From: an uncultured Fibrobacteraceae bacterium | Lineage (GTDB): Bacteria; Krumholzibacteriota; Krumholzibacteriia; LZORAL124-64-63 | Assembly (NCBI GenBank): GCA_964414055.1 | Contig: CAYPVD010000002.1 | Location: 1-57,843, forward strand | Length of the DNA: 57,843 bases | Direction of reading: 5' to 3' | Shown here: positions 53,117 to 57,843 of the stretch, in pieces | Position numbering within the stretch: position 1 is the first letter of the stretch | How the letters are laid out: each line of letters starts with the position of its first letter | Translations under genes and position numbers: made by a program | The notes under the pieces: model-generated | The model's database searches: none | The model's input: the letters and a program-made list of their open reading frames with translations, nothing else | Told to the model about the DNA's origin: nothing

Positions 53117-54505
53117 ATGGTTCCGGAGGTGCGTGACAAGGTGTTCTGGGTGTTGGGCGCCGCCCGCAGCGGCTGCGCCGCCGGGGCCCTGTTGCGTCGC
53201 CACGGCGCCCGGGTCGTCGGCATAGACGACCGGAACGAGGCGGCCCTGGGCCGCCGGTGGGAGCGTGAAGGCCTGACCGATCTGGCACCCCGGGCTTTCG
53301 ACGATCTCCTGACCGGCGGCCGCCGCCCTTCGCCGGGAAAATTGCCCGAGGCGGTCGTCATCAGCCCCGGTGTCCCGCCGGGTCATGACCTGCTCACCGG
53401 CCTGCCGGAGACGGTGGAGGTCATGGGCGAGCTGGAACTGGCCTCCCGGTTCTGCCGTGCTGAGCTGGTGGCGATCACCGGCACCAACGGCAAATCCACC
53501 GTGACGGCCTGGTGCGCGCATGTCCTGGGTCACGGAGGACGGCGGGTCGAGGCCGTGGGCAACCTGGGCCGGCCCCTGGCCCTGGTGGCGGACGAACTGG
53601 CGCCGGGGGATGCGGCCGTGGTGGAGGTCTCGAGTTTCCAGCTCGAAACCATGCGGACCTTCAGCCCGCGTGCCGCGGCGGTGCTCAATCTGGCCCCCGA
53701 CCATCTGGACCGGTACGGGAGCCTGGAGGCCTACTACGCGGCCAAACGGATCATGGCCGGACTCGTCCCGGTCGGCGGCAGCCTGGTGGTCTGGACGGGC
53801 TGTCCCGAGGCCGTGTCCTGGCCCACGTCGGCCGACCGCATCCTGTACGGTTCCCGCGAGCTGGGGGCCAGGATCTATGAACAGGAGGGCGACTTGGTGG
53901 CCGAGGGCGGCGACGGCGGGATCCTTCCCCTGGTTCCGGTGGCCGAGCTGGCCCTGTCGTCCCCGCCCAACCGCATCAACGCCCAGGCGGTGGCCGCCCT
54001 GGCCCTGGCCATGGGGCTGGCGCCGGAAGAGATCGCCCCGGGACTGAGGGATTTCCCGGGCCTGCCTCACCGCCATCAGCTTGTGGGCCGCCTGGGGGGC
54101 GTGGATTTCGTCAACGATTCCAAGGCCACCAACGTGCATGCGGTCTGCGCGGGCCTGCGCGGGTACGCGCGGCCGGTGATCCTGATCGCCGGCGGCAGCG
54201 GCAAGGGGGAGGATTATTCCCCCCTGGCCGAGGTCATGGACGCGGTGCGCACGGTGCTGGTCATAGGCGAGGAGGGGCCGCGCATAGCCGCGGCCCTGGA
54301 CGACGTGGTTCCCTGTGCCGCAGGAGGCACAATGGAGGAGGCCGTGACCCGCGGTGCGCAACTGGCCGCCGAGATCGGCAACGCCACGGTCCTGCTGAGC
54401 CCGGCCTGCGCCAGCTTCGACATGTTCGCCAACTACCGGGACCGGGGTCGGGCCTTCGCAGCCGCGGTCGCCGGTCTGGGTGCCGAGATGATTTCCGGGC
54501 CCTGA
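53117..54505 (+). CDS. murD: UDP-N-acetylmuramoylalanine--D-glutamate ligase
   Basis: Motifs ITGTNGKST, SSFQLE, NDSKATN, SPACASFD.F..Y..RG. Confidence 0.92.
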   Translation: MVPEVRDKVFWVLGAARSGCAAGALLRRHGARVVGIDDRNEAALGRRWEREGLTDLAPRAFDDLLTGGRRPSPGKLPEAVVISPGVPPGHDLLTGLPETVEVMGELELASRFCRAELVAITGTNGKSTVTAWCAHVLGHGGRRVEAVGNLGRPLALVADELAPGDAAVVEVSSFQLETMRTFSPRAAAVLNLAPDHLDRYGSLEAYYAAKRIMAGLVPVGGSLVVWTGCPEAVSWPTSADRILYGSRELGARIYEQEGDLVAEGGDGGILPLVPVAELALSSPPNRINAQAVAALALAMGLAPEEIAPGLRDFPGLPHRHQLVGRLGGVDFVNDSKATNVHAVCAGLRGYARPVILIAGGSGKGEDYSPLAEVMDAVRTVLVIGEEGPRIAAALDDVVPCAAGGTMEEAVTRGAQLAAEIGNATVLLSPACASFDMFANYRDRGRAFAAAVAGLGAEMISGP

Positions 54506-54538
54506 CGGGAATCCGGGTTCGATGGGGAAGGAGCCCCC

Positions 54539-55702
54539 GTGCGACGAAAACTGAGACATCTTGCCGGCACCATCGAAAGCACCGACATGCCCCTGGTGCT
54601 GGCGGTGGTCGGCATGCTGCTGTACGGGGTGGTCATGGTGTACGGGGCGGGTTCGTTCAACCGCCACGCGGCCACGCCGGTGGGCTCCTACTACCTTATC
54701 GCCAAGCACCTGGTCATGATCTCGATCGGCCTGCTGGTGGCGGGGGTCCTCTTCCGTGTCGATTACCACCGTTTCGGACACCCCGGCGTGGCCTGGGTCT
54801 TGGTGGCCGTCAGCTACTTCCTGGTCGCCATGACCCTGGTGACCAAGGGCGACCGCGCCATCAACCGCTGGATCTACATCATGGGATTTTCCGTGCAGCC
54901 GGTGGAAGCGGCCAAGATCGCCCTCATCATGTTCCTGGCCGGGCGGGTAACCGTGGAGCGCGGACGCCCGCAACCGACCGCCAGGGCCGTCCTGCTGGCC
55001 CTCGGTTGCGGCGTGCTGCCGCTGCTTGCGCTCCTGGTCGGGCAGCCGAATTTCGGCAACGCCATGGTCACGGTGGGGATGACGGTGATCATCCTGGCGG
55101 TTTCTGATCTCTCGCCGCGGATCCGGTGGAGCGCGCTGCTGCTGCCTCCGGTGACGGTGGTCCTGATCATCCTGGTGTCGGCCAAGGTCCGGGAGAGGCT
55201 GGGCGACGTGCTCAAGGGCCTGCAGGAGGGCAGCTACCAGTACCAGGTCAAGGCCTCCCTGACGGGCCTGGGCGCGGGCGGGTGGCACGGCCTGGGCGTG
55301 GGTCAGAGCCACAACAAGTTCGCCTTCCTGCCGGAGGCCCATACGGATTTCATCTACTCGCTGCTGGGGGAGGAATTCGGCCTGCTGGGGACCATCCCGG
55401 TGATCATCCTGCTGGGGCTGCTGCTGTGGCGCGGTTACGGCATCGCCAACCGTGCGGCCGACAGTTTCGGACGCTGCGTGGCGGCGGGCCTGACGACCGG
55501 GTTGGCCATCTACGGTTTGACCAACATCGCCATGGTGACGGGCATCTTTCCGGTGGTGGGTGTGCCGCTGCCGTTCATCAGTTACGGCGGGACGGCCATG
55601 GTGGGATGTCTGGCCTCCGTCGGTATCCTGCTGAGCATCGAACGTCACAGCCGGTCCTACCACCTGTGGCGCAGGCGCTGGGAAAGAAACGGAGCGCAAT
55701 GA
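54539..55702 (+). CDS. ftsW: peptidoglycan glycosyltransferase FtsW (SEDS family)
   Basis: Polytopic. Motifs SVQPVEAAKI, LPEAHTDFIYS, LGEEFGL, GVPLPFISYGGT. Confidence 0.9.
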   Translation: MRRKLRHLAGTIESTDMPLVLAVVGMLLYGVVMVYGAGSFNRHAATPVGSYYLIAKHLVMISIGLLVAGVLFRVDYHRFGHPGVAWVLVAVSYFLVAMTLVTKGDRAINRWIYIMGFSVQPVEAAKIALIMFLAGRVTVERGRPQPTARAVLLALGCGVLPLLALLVGQPNFGNAMVTVGMTVIILAVSDLSPRIRWSALLLPPVTVVLIILVSAKVRERLGDVLKGLQEGSYQYQVKASLTGLGAGGWHGLGVGQSHNKFAFLPEAHTDFIYSLLGEEFGLLGTIPVIILLGLLLWRGYGIANRAADSFGRCVAAGLTTGLAIYGLTNIAMVTGIFPVVGVPLPFISYGGTAMVGCLASVGILLSIERHSRSYHLWRRRWERNGAQ

Positions 55703-56889
55703 GGGATCGTCCGGACAGCGATGCAGGCGGGAACACCGGGCGTCGGCTGCGGGTCCTGATCACCGGTGGCGGCACCGGTGGGCATATCTATCCCGGGCTG
55801 GCCGTGGCGGAGGCCGTGGCCGAGGCGGTGCCCGGGGCCGACATCCGCTTCGCCGGAACGGCCGCCGGTCTGGAAGCCGAGCTCATTCCCGAGGCCGGCT
55901 ACCGTTTGATCGTCCTGCCCGCCTCCGGCTTCCGTGGGCTGGGTCTGAAGGCGAGGTTGGCCTTTATCGTCAACACCTTCCTGGGGATCCTGCGCGGGAT
56001 GTTCGTCCTGATCCGGTGGCGCCCCGCCGTGGTGCTGGGTACGGGGGGATACGCCAGCGTGCCTGCTCTGGCGGCTGCCCGCCTCCTGGGGATTCCCTGC
56101 GCGCTGCAGGAACAGAACTCGGTGCCGGGATCGGCCAACCGCCTGCTCGGGCGCTGGATGAGGCGCATCTACCTGGGTTTCCCCGCCGCGGACCGGTTCT
56201 TCCGGCGCGGGCTTTGCCGCCACACCGGCAACCCCGTGCGCCGTGCGGTGGTGGAGGCCTTTGCCGGTCCGGAACGTCGGGACCCGTCGGAGGAGGGGGC
56301 GCTGAACATCCTGGTCTTCGGCGGCAGCCGTGGCGCCCGCACGCTCAATCGGGCGGTTATGGGAGCCGCCGGTGATTGGGCGGCGCAGAAGGGGCGGAGA
56401 TTTCTCGTGCAGACCGGGCCGCGGGAACTGGGGGAGGTGACGGCCGCCTGCGCCCACGCCGCCAACATCGAGGTGGTGGCCTACATCCAGGACATGGCCT
56501 CGGCCCTGCGATGGGCGGACCTGGTGGTATGCCGGGCCGGCGCCATGACCCTGGCCGAGATCCAGTGCGCGGGCAAGGCTGCCATCCTGGTACCCTATCC
56601 CCACGCCACCGACGACCACCAGCGGCACAACGCCGACGATTGCGCCGCCGCCGGGGCGGCGGTGGTGTTGCCGGACGAGGATTGCCGCGGCGAGTCCCTG
56701 ACCCGGCTGATGGATGGACTCTTGCGTGACGGCGCCAAACTGGCGAGGATGGGACAGGTGGCGCGCAACCTGGCCCGCCCGGAGGCCGCCCGGCTGATCG
56801 CGGGCGACCTGCTGGCCTTGGCAGGGCATCCGGCAGGTACGATGTTGCCTCCGGCGGAACGATCCGCGCCGACCACAGATCCGAAATGA
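55699..56889 (+). CDS. murG: undecaprenyldiphospho-muramoylpentapeptide beta-N-acetylglucosaminyltransferase
   Basis: Track ORF 55126..56889 trimmed to ATG 55699 (ATGA overlap with ftsW). Motifs ITGGGTGGHIYPGLAVA, EQNSVPG.ANR, GGSRGAR, CRAGAMTLAE. Confidence 0.92.
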   Translation: MRDRPDSDAGGNTGRRLRVLITGGGTGGHIYPGLAVAEAVAEAVPGADIRFAGTAAGLEAELIPEAGYRLIVLPASGFRGLGLKARLAFIVNTFLGILRGMFVLIRWRPAVVLGTGGYASVPALAAARLLGIPCALQEQNSVPGSANRLLGRWMRRIYLGFPAADRFFRRGLCRHTGNPVRRAVVEAFAGPERRDPSEEGALNILVFGGSRGARTLNRAVMGAAGDWAAQKGRRFLVQTGPRELGEVTAACAHAANIEVVAYIQDMASALRWADLVVCRAGAMTLAEIQCAGKAAILVPYPHATDDHQRHNADDCAAAGAAVVLPDEDCRGESLTRLMDGLLRDGAKLARMGQVARNLARPEAARLIAGDLLALAGHPAGTMLPPAERSAPTTDPK

Positions 56890-57843
56890 GGAACACCGTG
56901 TTCGGGAAGACGCGACATATCCATCTGGTGGCCATCGGCGGCATCGGCATGAGCGGCATCGCCGAGGTGCTGATGAGCCTGGGCTTCACCGTCAGCGGCA
57001 GCGACCTGCGCACGGGCGCCCTCACCGAGCGGCTGCAGAAATTGGGGGCGGTCGTTTTCCAGGGACATGCGCCGGAAAACATCGCCGGGGCCGATGTGGT
57101 GGTCCGCTCCTCGGCCGTGACCGAGGCCAACTGCGAGGTCGCCGCCGCTCACGCCGCGCGCATCCCCGTCATCCGCCGGGCCGAGATGCTGGCCGAGCTC
57201 ATGCGGCTCAAGCAGGGCATCAGCATCGCCGGTTCCCACGGCAAGACCACCACCACGAGCCTGGTGGCCGGCGTCCTCAAGGCGGGAGGACTGGATCCAA
57301 CGGTGATCGTGGGCGGGGTGGTCCGCTCCATGGGCACCAACGCCATCCTGGGTCAGGGACGGCATCTGGTGGCCGAAGCCGACGAAAGCGACGGCACGTT
57401 TTTGCACCTGACCCCCACCATCGCAGTGGTGACAAATATCGACCACGAGCACGTGGACTATTACCCGGACCTGGATTCCCTGCGCAGCGCCTTCCGCAGA
57501 TTCGTCCAGCAGGTCCCCTTCTACGGGAGCTGCGTGCTGTGCGTGGACGACCCCGAGGTCAGGGCGCTCCTGGCCCACATCGACCGCAAGGTCGTGACCT
57601 ACGGGCTGGGGCCCGACGCCATGGTGCGCTGTGATCCGGGAACCATCGTCACGGGGGACGGGGGACAGGAGGCCGTGGTGTGGGAGAACGGGCAGGAACT
57701 CGGCACCCTGCGCCTGGCCCTGCGCGGCACGCACAACCTGCGCAACGCCCTGGCGGCCGTTGCCGTCGGCCGCGAACTGGATCTTCCCTTCGCCGCCATC
57801 GCCTCGGGCCTGGCCGGTGATCTGGGCGTAGGAAGGCGCTCCG
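56886..57843 (+). CDS. murC: UDP-N-acetylmuramate--L-alanine ligase (partial, runs off the window)
   Basis: Absent from the ORF track because no stop is reached. Hand translation from ATG 56886 (ATGA overlap with murG) gives MRNTVFGKTRHIHLVAIGGIGMSGIAEVLMSLGFTVSGSDLR, and later IAGSHGKTTTTSL in the same frame. Confidence 0.9.
   Translation, partial: MRNTVFGKTRHIHLVAIGGIGMSGIAEVLMSLGFTVSGSDLRTGALTERLQKLGAVVFQGHAPENIAGADVVVRSSAVTEANCEVAAAHAARIPVIRRAEMLAELMRLKQGISIAGSHGKTTTTSLVAGVLKAGGLDPTVIVGGVVRSMGTNAILGQGRHLVAEADESDGTFLHLTPTIAVVTNIDHEHVDYYPDLDSLRSAFRRFVQQVPFYGSCVLCVDDPEVRALLAHIDRKVVTYGLGPDAMVRCDPGTIVTGDGGQEAVVWENGQELGTLRLALRGTHNLRNALAAVAVGRELDLPFAAIASGLAGDLGVGRRS

Noticed and set aside
1-57843. 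CRISPR arrays, tRNA/rRNA genes, IS elements, integrases, prophage or toxin-antitoxin/defence modules
   Set aside because: No short direct-repeat arrays, no cloverleaf-like sequences in the intergenic gaps, and no transposase, integrase or nuclease-type ORFs were seen on either strand. A covariance-model scan would be needed to exclude small RNAs.

Overview
High-GC bacterial chromosomal window (roughly two thirds G+C by eye, not computed). No rRNA, tRNA, CRISPR array, transposase or integrase was seen. Two genes at the left edge are on the minus strand: an HDOD protein and a secreted GH32-like hydrolase with a FlgD-Ig/T9SS-like C-terminal domain. Every other credible gene, from 2.8 kb to the right edge, is on the + strand, and many have 1-4 nt start/stop overlaps. 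Gene order: TPR protein, TonB_C protein, PD40 beta-propeller lipoprotein; class II aldolase; selA coupled to an unusual MinD/ParA-like pseudo-ATPase-TM-SPOR protein; smc-ftsY; an unrecognisable 437-aa protein; an FMN riboswitch (promoter, aptamer, terminator) controlling ribD-ribE-ribBA-ribH; nusB. A ~23 kb tightly packed glycan locus follows (21.0-44.0 kb). After it come an AT-rich leader with GTGG direct repeats (putative MraZ operator) and the dcw cluster mraZ-(STAS-like insert)-rsmH-ftsL-ftsI(PASTA)-murE-murF-mraY-murD-ftsW-murG-murC(partial). The best candidate for an undescribed system is the glycan locus. It has two polyprenyl-phosphate-sugar synthases and two large GT-C enzymes (DUF2723/TMEM260-like with TPR tail, and YfhO-like). 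It also has a UDP-GlcA-4-epimerase-like SDR, a GT2 fused to a degenerate phosphoglycosyltransferase, an embedded secreted propeller protein with a sorting CTD, a bacillosamine-like amino-sugar branch using a FemAB-like acyltransferase, Wzx and a sulfotransferase. I found no Wzy, Wzz, WaaL or exporter, so it reads as periplasmic-face glycosylation of an unknown acceptor rather than a standard O-antigen or capsule locus. All product calls rest on motifs read by eye; no database search was run.
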